Source: an uncultured candidatus Porisulfidus sp. (GTDB lineage: Bacteria; Pseudomonadota; Gammaproteobacteria; Poriferisulfidales; Poriferisulfidaceae). Taken from it: 64,000 nucleotides of DNA. The DNA is taken from assembly GCA_965116025.1 (NCBI GenBank), contig OZ220480.1, forward strand, positions 1,056,001-1,120,000, in the 5' to 3' direction. Under the pieces are notes generated by a model that ran no database searches, was not told where the DNA came from, and saw only the letters and a list, made by a program, of their open reading frames with translations. The translations under genes and the position numbers were made by a program. Positions 28,792-37,311 of the stretch are shown piece after piece; position 1 is the stretch's first letter, and each line of letters begins with the position of its first letter.

Positions 28792-30182
28792 TCCACCTGC
28801 TCACGGTCCTTTGGGGGGCCGCCGAGAATGAAGTCGCCGACGGTGCCCTCGACCACTGGGTCCAAGCCCGTGACCCGCGCGAAACGCGCGGAGTTTCCGG
28901 TGCCCAGGCCGCACGGGGAAAGACCGAGATCGGTCGCCACGAGGTAGAGAGTCTGATAGAGCGCCCCCACATTGCGCAGAGTCACGCCATAGGCGATTGC
29001 TCGGTACTTCCACATCACCCGGGCGAAGCGGGCGCTGAACGCCAGCACGATCTGCGGATTCGCCAAGTGCCCCGTCGCCACTCTCGCGTCCTCCACGATC
29101 GCTTCCACATCGGGCGTCCGGCTAGCGATCGCGACCAGTTCATGCGTCGCCGCGTCGTAGTGGTAGAAGCCGGACTCCAAGCCGTCGCAGCGGTCGACCA
29201 CCGGATAGATCTCGAGCTCGTAGCTGGCGCCGCCGGTGGGATAGGGCCGTCTCGTGACCTCGAAATCGCAAACCTTCCCCGTGATGCCGCCGACTTGGAC
29301 CGTGGAGCGGTCGAGAATCCGCGCGGCGCGGTCAAGCAACGCGCCCAAGTCCGCCAAGGAGATCGGGCGGTCCTCGTCGTAGACCCGCTCCGAACGTCGC
29401 CGCTCGAGAACCCGCGCGAGCGATTCTCCCCCGGCATCGTCCGGCGCGCCCGGCAACGCGATCCGCCGGCCGGGCCAGGGGGGGCGAACGCCGGGCAGCG
29501 GATCGAGCTGGCCGACGAATGGAAAGATGCCGCCGATCGGGTCGGCATGCCAGCCTGGTCGATGATGCCAGTGAAACAGCAGGTCGTGAAATTCCCACTG
29601 CGCCAAGGCCTCATCGCGCGGGTCGTCTTTCGGGCGCTCGGTCTCGAGAAAACCTTCCGCGGCCAGCGCGCGCCGAATGACGGGAATGTCCAAACGGCTC
29701 GGGTCAGGGAAAAGGAAGCGCGTGCCGGCTAGCGGAGATTCCAGCACCCAGTCTTGTCCAGCACGGCGCAGGCAGGCGAAGCGATCAAGGCCGGCCTCCG
29801 GCGACGGCATGTCATCGGCGAGGCGAGGCGCATGGCCGTCCCATTGCGGTTGCATCACGGCATGCTCGCCGGCATCGTCGATGACGACCAGTTCCATCCC
29901 CCGGAACCGGTAGAGGCTCTGCAGAGCGATGAGATAGGAGGCCGCGAGTGAAGGCCCGCCGGCTTCGATGACCGCGTCGCGGAGTTCCCGCAACGGGGCA
30001 CCGTCGCGAAGCAACGCGTTGGCCTTCTCGTACGCGCTCTTGTAGGGGGCGAAAGGGGGGCCGATGCCGTACGCCGGGTCGATGACGACGAGGGATTCGC
30101 CATCCGAAGATGCCGCCAGCTTTCGCCCGGCGGGCAGGCGGGCGAGGATGGCGGGCTCCTTGATCAGGTCCAGGAATCCCAT
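28788..30182 (-). CDS. SagB-type FMN-dependent azoline dehydrogenase with N-terminal extension
   Basis: WEFHDLLFH, RRRSER, RPYPTGGASYELE, RVMWKY, QTLYLVATDLGL. Confidence 0.92.
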   Translation of the reverse strand: MGFLDLIKEPAILARLPAGRKLAASSDGESLVVIDPAYGIGPPFAPYKSAYEKANALLRDGAPLRELRDAVIEAGGPSLAASYLIALQSLYRFRGMELVVIDDAGEHAVMQPQWDGHAPRLADDMPSPEAGLDRFACLRRAGQDWVLESPLAGTRFLFPDPSRLDIPVIRRALAAEGFLETERPKDDPRDEALAQWEFHDLLFHWHHRPGWHADPIGGIFPFVGQLDPLPGVRPPWPGRRIALPGAPDDAGGESLARVLERRRSERVYDEDRPISLADLGALLDRAARILDRSTVQVGGITGKVCDFEVTRRPYPTGGASYELEIYPVVDRCDGLESGFYHYDAATHELVAIASRTPDVEAIVEDARVATGHLANPQIVLAFSARFARVMWKYRAIAYGVTLRNVGALYQTLYLVATDLGLSPCGLGTGNSARFARVTGLDPVVEGTVGDFILGGPPKDREQVD

Positions 30183-30193
30183 TCGTCCCCCGA

Positions 30194-32509
30194 TCAGACG
30201 AACACCGCGACGGGGTTCAGGTTGGCTTCCGCGTTTGGCTGGGCGAGCCAGCCCATCTTGACCGGCACGTCATAGAGACGTCCGGGAGCGAATCGCGCCC
30301 AGAAATGCCGCATGCCCGGCACGATGGTTCGGGCGACCGGCATGCCGATATCCGGGCGGGTCTGGTCCAGGACCAGAAACTCCATGCCGAGATCCTCGAC
30401 CAGAGACCTGCAATGCTCGACATCCTCCCGCGTATCGGAGGTCCGGGGAGCGGGATAGCGCTCCACGCGCCGCTCGGGCAGGGTGGAGTCCGGCAACAGG
30501 TAGGGGTGATCGGTCACGCGGGCGTTCTTCCACCACCACAGGCTCTCGGGATCGTCGAAGAGATACCCGGTGCCGTCGGCTTTCACGTCCCGGACCGCGG
30601 TCAACTGCTGGTTCAGCTCGCATACGGCCCTGATGCCGGCGATATGCGGATCCAGATGGGCTCCCGCGGCGAACAGGATGTCCTCGCGATCCTTGTCCGT
30701 TCGACGCGATACCGTGGCGAACACCGGAATGCCGATGTCGTGGGTCAGGTCGATCATCCAGATGTCGCGGTGAAAGGAGGCGTAGTAGTCGCGCGCTTCG
30801 GAAAGATAGGGGTCGCCGAAGCTGTCGAGCGCCACCGCGGGAAGTCGCAGCCGGTTGTACCACCAGCAAGCGAAGGCGTCGCGCTCCACCAGCTCGAAGA
30901 ACCCTTGCAGAATGGCCTCCTCCAGGGTGTTGCCGGCCGCGCAGCCGTTCGTGTCCGGGCCGAAGAACAGCTGGTCATGCTCTTGCGGCATGGAGAAATA
31001 CAGCATTCCGGTGGGCAGGTATCGATGGCGCTCTCGCGTCAACGACCAGACCGGAGACCAGCTCATCTCCACGGTCGGATCGAAACGCTCGGGAACATAA
31101 GCGAATTTCCGTTTCAGCGCGTTGAGTTCCGCGGCATGGTCGTATTGCCAGTCGCTGTAGTGCAGAACGGTTTCCGGACGGATGGCCTCGCCCTCGCGAA
31201 AATCCGTGAAGCGGGCTCGGCGGTGGATCTCGTCTCCGCGGTAGGCGAAGGAATGTCGCTCGATGGCCTCGCATAGCGCGCTCGCCTCGGCTTGCTCGGG
31301 CGTGCTCCCCTTCCCGGAATTCAGCGAGCGGACGCTGTTGCGCAAAGCCAGGAGGCTACGCGCTTGCATGGCGAGGTTGGCGCCGGCCACATTGACATGC
31401 AACCAGGAATCCCGCTCATCGGTGATGCGCAGCAACCGGTTCACCACTCCCGTGACCGGACTGACGAGGTGCCGGTATCGGCGCACGGTGTCTTGTGGCT
31501 GCACGGCGCGAAAACCGCCGCTGGTCCGCACCGGTTTTGGGCTCGGGGAAAGTCGCACGGGCGAGGCCGGGCGGTCGACACGAAACAGCGCCGGGTCGCC
31601 GCAGGACTGGCACTGTGGCCGCCGCGCGACCGGATGGATAGAGGTCTCCATGCCGAGAGACTCCAACGCCATGGTATGGTCGTGGAGCGCGGCGCTTTCG
31701 CCGAAGACGACCCATTTCGCGAGTTCCAGGGCCGCCAGCCCGATCACGATGTCGAACAAGCGATCAGGCGTGCTTGAGGGGAACGCGAAGCCGGCCGGGA
31801 GGCCGCGCAGATAGTTCGCTACCTCGATATTGCTACCGATCCGGCTCGCGAGGCAGTCCCAGCATGGCGCGTCCTCATCACCGGGGCGGAACACCGGACC
31901 GAGCAGAGAAAAAACGCCCGCTGGCTTGACTAGAGCCCACGGAACGCCCGATTCCAGATGAACGCGGTTGGTTCGCGCGTGGGCTTCGTCCAGGTAATCG
32001 TCCGTGACGACGACCGAGAGCGTCGGCCTGTCCGGGCCAACGGCAAGTCCGAGGCTCTTGAGCGCGGCGCCGAGCCGCCCGTCGTCACCGGGCGCCGCGA
32101 TTCGGGCGGCGCCAAGACGTCGTTCCGCCCATCTTGGCGTGGCTCCCTGCGCGCACCAGAACGCGGCCGACGCCCGGCCCATGGCGAAGTCGGCCGAGAC
32201 GACGCAACCTTTGGCCGCGAGGGAAACGATGGCGGTCTGAACGCTTAGAGCCGAATGTCGCCCCGAAAGCTCAGTGATGATCTCGTGCCGGGTGAGGTTT
32301 CCCTCAAGCAAGGGCGCGAGGTCGCGATACAACTCTCCGATCAGAAGAACGCTGGCGGTCTCGGACGCCAGCAACAAGGATCCGTCTTCCGCAATGCGAG
32401 AAGTAAGATGAGGAGCCAGCAGTGGTCTTTCGACTATGCCTCGGTCGAATTCGGTGAACCGGCGCGGCGGCGCGAACGCCAGCTTCCATCCCGCTTGATC
32501 GACAGACAC
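30194..32509 (-). CDS. Fused TOMM cyclodehydratase (RRE/E1-like C domain plus YcaO), copy 2
   Basis: APCWDCL, RPQCQSC, NSGKG, ASALCEAIER, TNGCAAGNTLEEAILQGFFELVERDA; GTG 32509 follows GGGAG. Confidence 0.92.
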   Translation of the reverse strand: MSVDQAGWKLAFAPPRRFTEFDRGIVERPLLAPHLTSRIAEDGSLLLASETASVLLIGELYRDLAPLLEGNLTRHEIITELSGRHSALSVQTAIVSLAAKGCVVSADFAMGRASAAFWCAQGATPRWAERRLGAARIAAPGDDGRLGAALKSLGLAVGPDRPTLSVVVTDDYLDEAHARTNRVHLESGVPWALVKPAGVFSLLGPVFRPGDEDAPCWDCLASRIGSNIEVANYLRGLPAGFAFPSSTPDRLFDIVIGLAALELAKWVVFGESAALHDHTMALESLGMETSIHPVARRPQCQSCGDPALFRVDRPASPVRLSPSPKPVRTSGGFRAVQPQDTVRRYRHLVSPVTGVVNRLLRITDERDSWLHVNVAGANLAMQARSLLALRNSVRSLNSGKGSTPEQAEASALCEAIERHSFAYRGDEIHRRARFTDFREGEAIRPETVLHYSDWQYDHAAELNALKRKFAYVPERFDPTVEMSWSPVWSLTRERHRYLPTGMLYFSMPQEHDQLFFGPDTNGCAAGNTLEEAILQGFFELVERDAFACWWYNRLRLPAVALDSFGDPYLSEARDYYASFHRDIWMIDLTHDIGIPVFATVSRRTDKDREDILFAAGAHLDPHIAGIRAVCELNQQLTAVRDVKADGTGYLFDDPESLWWWKNARVTDHPYLLPDSTLPERRVERYPAPRTSDTREDVEHCRSLVEDLGMEFLVLDQTRPDIGMPVARTIVPGMRHFWARFAPGRLYDVPVKMGWLAQPNAEANLNPVAVFV

Positions 32510-32533
32510 TATGACAGCGCTCCCATGACCGAG

Positions 32534-32555
32534 CCCCGCGCGAGAGCGCGCGGGG
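32534..32555 (-). terminator. GC-rich stem-loop between the small NHLP genes and the maturases
   Basis: CCCCGCGCG-AGAG-CGCGCGGGG, perfect 9-bp stem, no U tract. Confidence 0.5.
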
Positions 32556-32579
32556 AGACAGGAAGGCGATTCGGCCTCC

Positions 32580-32873
32580 TTACTCGCTTTCTTTGTCCGT
32601 CGTCGCGGCGTCCCGATAGGTGGAAGGCGCTGGCAAAAGAATATGGACGAGGTCACTGGTGTTGAAGACGAGTTTCACCTTGGCCCCTTCCGGGAAATCG
32701 AAGCCCTCGGCCTTAAGAACGGCAGTCGGGTCGGCATCCATCTTCGCCTTGAAGTCGGGGTCGCCATAGTATTTCGCCACCACGTCCGCATAGAGTTGCT
32801 GGCGCTCCTTCAGATCTCCCGATGTAAGAAGATCGGTGACCAAGGCATCAATCTTCTCATTAGGCTTATTCAT
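32580..32873 (-). CDS. NHLP-leader-like protein with no double-glycine site and no core
   Basis: VVAKYYGDPDFKAKMDADPTAVLKAEGFDFPEGAKVKLVFNTSDLVHILLP, then a short acidic tail; strong RBS AAAGGAG. Confidence 0.85.
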   Translation of the reverse strand: MNKPNEKIDALVTDLLTSGDLKERQQLYADVVAKYYGDPDFKAKMDADPTAVLKAEGFDFPEGAKVKLVFNTSDLVHILLPAPSTYRDAATTDKESE

Positions 32874-32909
32874 GTTAGTCTCCTTTATTCTCTGTTAATT
32901 GTGAAAGTT

Positions 32910-32937
32910 CCGCGCTCCCGGTCTCCCGGGAGCGCGG
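32910..32937 (-). terminator. Stem-loop downstream of the precursor genes (terminator or mRNA stabiliser)
   Basis: 12-bp perfect stem CCGCGCTCCCGG/CCGGGAGCGCGG with a GAGA tetraloop on the minus strand, 10 nt after the stop codon. Confidence 0.65.
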
Positions 32938-32947
32938 CGATGCCTTA

Positions 32948-33364
32948 CTAGCTGGCGCTACCCGCGGTGCCGGCGGTGCCGGCCGTGGAGAATGAGCTGA
33001 AAAACGTGCTGGTCTGGAAGGTGCTGGCCGAGCTGACGCTCCCCGCGCTGCCAGCCGTGGCGCCTCCTGACACCGCGCTCAAGCTCTCGTCCGCCAAGCC
33101 CGTATTCGGGTCGGGCGGCAAGATGAAATGCACGACTTCATCCGTGTTCGCGACCACATCGACTTGCATGCCGGTTACGGGAACATCGAACCCGAATGCC
33201 GCGTACACCTCGCTGCCGCTGGCCTTATCGATCTCGACGCGGAAATCCTCGTCGCTCCGATAACGGTCAGCCGCCTCGAGGAATCGCTCGTAGCTTTTCG
33301 TGTATGTTCCCATCGCCGTTGGCGACATATCGATATTTTCAAAAAAATTTCCTGCGGCGTTCAT
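32948..33364 (-). CDS. NHLP-family RiPP precursor A
   Basis: Leader VVANTDEVVHFILPPDPNTGLADESLSAVSGG; core ATAGSAGSVSSASTFQTSTFFSSFSTAGTAGTAGSAS; ATG 33364 follows AGGAG. Confidence 0.9.
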   Translation of the reverse strand: MNAAGNFFENIDMSPTAMGTYTKSYERFLEAADRYRSDEDFRVEIDKASGSEVYAAFGFDVPVTGMQVDVVANTDEVVHFILPPDPNTGLADESLSAVSGGATAGSAGSVSSASTFQTSTFFSSFSTAGTAGTAGSAS

Positions 33365-33433
33365 AATTTTTTTCTCCTGGAGTTTTTGTCCGAAAGGATA
33401 GTTACTGGACATCCGATGACGTCGCGCGACGCG

Positions 33434-33823
33434 TCAGCCGGCTGATCCTGCCGATCCAACGGTGGACGCGCTGCCAAGACTGGAAAAGGAAGTGAAAGTG
33501 AGGAAGGTGCTCGCCGACCCGACAGTGCCGGCCGTGCTGGCCGTGCTGCCGCCGGAAATCTGGCTCAACTGCTCGTCCGCCAGATCACTGTTCGGATCGG
33601 GCGGCATGACGAAGTGCACCAGCTCATCGGAATCCATCAGAAACTGACAATCGATTCCTTCCAAGCGCGTCATTCCGAACTCGTCGAAGACATCGCTATT
33701 GTCGCCACGGTCAATCCGGTCACGGAAAGCCGCGTCGTTGCGGTAGCGGTCAGAAATGGCGACGATGAGCTCACGACGCTCGTCGTTCAATGTCATTTCC
33801 TGCATGAATTGTTCGCTTTTCAT
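33434..33823 (-). CDS. NHLP-family RiPP precursor B
   Basis: Leader LVHFVMPPDPNSDLADEQLSQISGG; core STASTAGTVGSASTFLTFTSFSSLGSASTVGSAGSAG. Confidence 0.9.
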   Translation of the reverse strand: MKSEQFMQEMTLNDERRELIVAISDRYRNDAAFRDRIDRGDNSDVFDEFGMTRLEGIDCQFLMDSDELVHFVMPPDPNSDLADEQLSQISGGSTASTAGTVGSASTFLTFTSFSSLGSASTVGSAGSAG

Positions 33824-34167
33824 TAGCTTGCTCCATGTCGATTATGGACTCCCATTCTATACCATGTTCCCATGCGCATGCGAGAGGGCATTGGGACTAA
33901 ATGCAGGATGGCGCGTCACTCCGCTGGTGGCGACTGATAGAGACGATCCGGGGCGGGGGTGGGTTCTCGGATCATAGAGTTTCGGCTTTATCGAGCTCGT
34001 TGCGCGTCGGGCCTCGCTCACCGCGCCAACGGATTGATAGGGTCCGGCCTTCGGCCCTTCTGACCTTGTGGAGACGTGGGGGCGCGACGGGCGATTCTGA
34101 TCTGAGCGAATCTGTTCTGTGAGGAACCGGAGGCCGCGCGCAGGCAGGTTCGGATAGGCGAGGCCGT

Positions 34168-36681
34168 TCATGCTGGGTGGACGCTCGCCAGACGCGCGAA
34201 GGCGACGGCAAGCGCGGGAGTTCCGTCTATCCCCGAAAGATCGTGCCGATCATCGATCCATCTCTCGGCGAACCAGCTTTCCAGTTGATCGCGGTCTCGC
34301 CTCATGCGCGTCGCTGCCCGCCGGTCGGCGCAGACCGGCTCCGCATGGTTGGGGTCCAACCAAGGAGCGAGGCGGGGCAGGGCCGAAGGCGCATAAGGTC
34401 GTTGCGGTCCATGCCTCTCTGGAACCGTGCCGCCGAGGGCCAGCGCCGCGTCCTTCCAGCCAGCGAGGCCGGACACGAAATCGCTCCCGGACCGCATCCA
34501 CGCTTCTTTTTCCAAAGCACTTCGGTACACCATTCGCGCGTCCTCCCGCAGACAGGGCTCGCGCGCCAGCACTTGCAGGAGTCCGCCAACGCCGACCGCG
34601 TATCCGACTCCCATGTCTTGGCTGAAGTTCATGGATTCGGCATAATCGCGCGCCGCTCCCCTCAGTGTTTCGCGCGCGATAGCCGCCAAGTCCGTGCGGC
34701 CGAGCCTTTCGCCCAGCTCCAGCAGCGCCCGAGCGATTCCCGCGCGGCCCGAGAGAATATCGATGGAGAGTGGTGCCAGAAAACGCCTTCCGAAGTGAAC
34801 ATCATGCATCATGCCGATCCAGGTCGGGTACCCGCAATCGTTCGTCACGGCCAAATCCTGAACTTCGGTAGCGATCTGGTCCGCCCAAGCCAGAAGATCC
34901 CCCGGTTCCGCGGGAGCCGCCTGGCCACGAACCGGGGTTCGCCGTGGCGGATTGGCGGCGCGCGCGGAGAACGATGAGCGCAACCACGCCAGCCGCTCTC
35001 GGTCGGTCGCCTCGGTCATGGTTCCGAACGCGGCGCGCATGGTGGCTATCGCGTCTTCCTCGAAAGCGTCCCGCCGCGCCTCGCCCTCCACTCCCAGAAG
35101 GTCTCGAGAGGCCGGAGCGGTCAGGAACAGTGGAATGTCGAGACGGCGCATGTCGCGCACTGCCGCCTCGCGGAGCGCGCCGGACAACCCGGCATAGCGA
35201 GGCAACATCTTGTGCAAGGCGATCTCGCGCCATACGCCATCCGACAGGGTGCTGGGAAGGAGGGATTCCTGAACGATCCGGTAACAGGTCCACGTGTCAA
35301 TGAGGAGGAAGCGAAGCTGCGCGTCCGGCACGCTCTCGAGAGCCGCCAGGATCCGATCTTGCGTCGCCACCGAGCCCAACTCCCGGGAGACTCGGAGATA
35401 GCCGTCCTCAAGAGCGTCGAAATGCGCCGCGCTGTCCGCGAAATCGCCGGACTCGTAACGCGGGGCATATCGGTCTTCTTTCCAGACGAACAGGCCGTCT
35501 TGCTCTACGGCCTTCATCGGCGTGCGGTGTTCCCCTGGTTGGCAGAGGCAACCCAGATCGGTTGGCTCCAGACCTTCCCTGGTCGACATTTGGAGTGGCA
35601 ATATGCCAACGTTGGCGACTCTCATGCTGAAGCTGATTGCGTCCTCGTCAACCAAGCGTCGTATTTGTGGCGGCCACGGCGAGGTCGGCTGTAAAACCGT
35701 TTCGAAATCAACGAACCGCGGCGTGGGGCCGTCGGCGATCAGGTTGTCGAACCAGAAATCGGTCGCGTTCATGGTCTGGAGCAACGCTAGCCACCCGCCG
35801 AGCGCCTGGTAGAACCGGTCGGCGTCTCCGGTGTCGGTGACGGGTCGTGGCGCGTATTCCGTTTCCCAGGCATAGCCCGCGCGCGGTACCGTGGAAGGCG
35901 GCGAGAGATCGACGCTGGAAATCAAGCCGACGATTTCCTGCATCACGCCCGCGATTCGCAGATCCTTAGGTTTGAACACGACCGAGCCATTGGCGAAACG
36001 CAGGATCGCGACCGACCGCCCTCCGGCGTGCGGGTCGCCAAGTCCGTGCTCAATGCTGATCAGCAATCCGGGATCCCCGCCGCCGAAGAAGCGGCTGGAC
36101 AGTTCAGCCCGGTCGTTAGCCGCATGGCGCAGCATCCGAACAAGATCCGAACGCCAGTCGACCATCGCGCGGCCGAGCGCGTAGGCCAGCGCTGGGCTGC
36201 GGGCTAACCTCGCCTCCCAAGTCGATTTCGACACGCCCAGTCTGGCTTCATACCGCATGGTCTGCGTCAGGATCGAGCGGAAGCGCCATTCGAGATGCGA
36301 AATGGCTCCATCCAGCGCGTTGGCGCCGCGCGGCAGACCGTCGGGCCATTCCGCCTCAGCGCAACTCCGCGCCCATGAATAGACATCTGAAAAGGGCGCT
36401 TCGGTATCAGCCAGCCGGCTAAAGATTTCTCGAAAGGCGCGACCCCAGTCCGGCGTGGGGCCCTCAAGGCGGACATCGCCGAATCTCGCCAGATAAGCGT
36501 CCAAAGACAGCCCTAGGGTCTCGGCATGCGAGCCCAGCGCGCGCCGTGATCCGAATGCCTTGAGAAGCCTGTCCTCGCGGCGAGCCCAGGAGTCGGGGTC
36601 AGTGGGGGTCGAGATGAACGGCCCGTCGCCACCGCGCTCTGGTGGCGGCGACGCCCGAGCGATGAGAATATCGAGATCCAT
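34168..36681 (-). CDS. LanM-like dehydratase (DUF4135) with degenerate, truncated LanC-like domain
   Basis: GLGDPHAGGRSV, VFKPK, TDFWFDNL, FVDFET, DIPLF; C-terminal SGRAG and DFVSGLAG repeats but no WC/CHG zinc motifs. Confidence 0.85.
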   Translation of the reverse strand: MDLDILIARASPPPERGGDGPFISTPTDPDSWARREDRLLKAFGSRRALGSHAETLGLSLDAYLARFGDVRLEGPTPDWGRAFREIFSRLADTEAPFSDVYSWARSCAEAEWPDGLPRGANALDGAISHLEWRFRSILTQTMRYEARLGVSKSTWEARLARSPALAYALGRAMVDWRSDLVRMLRHAANDRAELSSRFFGGGDPGLLISIEHGLGDPHAGGRSVAILRFANGSVVFKPKDLRIAGVMQEIVGLISSVDLSPPSTVPRAGYAWETEYAPRPVTDTGDADRFYQALGGWLALLQTMNATDFWFDNLIADGPTPRFVDFETVLQPTSPWPPQIRRLVDEDAISFSMRVANVGILPLQMSTREGLEPTDLGCLCQPGEHRTPMKAVEQDGLFVWKEDRYAPRYESGDFADSAAHFDALEDGYLRVSRELGSVATQDRILAALESVPDAQLRFLLIDTWTCYRIVQESLLPSTLSDGVWREIALHKMLPRYAGLSGALREAAVRDMRRLDIPLFLTAPASRDLLGVEGEARRDAFEEDAIATMRAAFGTMTEATDRERLAWLRSSFSARAANPPRRTPVRGQAAPAEPGDLLAWADQIATEVQDLAVTNDCGYPTWIGMMHDVHFGRRFLAPLSIDILSGRAGIARALLELGERLGRTDLAAIARETLRGAARDYAESMNFSQDMGVGYAVGVGGLLQVLAREPCLREDARMVYRSALEKEAWMRSGSDFVSGLAGWKDAALALGGTVPERHGPQRPYAPSALPRLAPWLDPNHAEPVCADRRAATRMRRDRDQLESWFAERWIDDRHDLSGIDGTPALAVAFARLASVHPA

Positions 36682-37311
36682 GGTCTGCTCGCGCGAAGAT
36701 CCTAGTTCGGGTCAGTCATCGAACGGGACGTGGTGAATGCTATTATCCGGCGGTTCGAGAGGTCGGGCAGCGTTTGGGGAACGATGGAGGCGCGTGCGAT
36801 GCGCCGACCCCTGGCCCCATCCGTCGCGAGATTCGCCTAAGGTCACCATGATAGCGTCATCAATTTTGCGCGGACACTTCGCGCGCGCGGGCCTTGATCT
36901 CCGAATCTTAAAGGGAGGGAGGTCGTCCCGGCCGGCACCGATTCCACCAAGGGAATCCGGTGGAATGGATGTGTGAAAGATTACATCCATCGCATTGGGT
37001 GAAGCGAAAAACCACCAACCGAGAGTTCCATCATTATATGCCGAGCTCCGCCTCCCGGTATCGTCATCACCGACGACGAGAAGATGAGCCGCGTCAGCCT
37101 TGATGTCTTGTTGCGGAACCTGCTGGGCTGGACGCGGGTTCCGCGCGACCTTCCGCGCGCCTTGTCGGAGCCGTCGTGGAGCTGGACCAGCGGCGGGTGT
37201 TGTCGACCCCGCTGTCGCGCAACCAACTGGATAGCCGAACGCGGCTCGAACAGGGACGATCTGTGAGGAGAACGAGGGCCTGCGCGAGCTGGTGTGCCGA
37301 AGTTGATTTGG

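Noticed and set aside
26488-32509. Thioamide RiPP drawing sulfur from the neighbouring Dsr/Sox systems
   Set aside because: Both YcaOs are fused to E1-like C domains with a SagB partner (azoline type) and there is no TfuA; proximity alone is not evidence
32580-32873. Nitrile hydratase alpha subunit
   Set aside because: No CxxCSC metal-binding motif and no beta subunit
34168-36681. Class II lanthipeptide
   Set aside because: The cores have no Cys and the cyclase zinc motifs are absent
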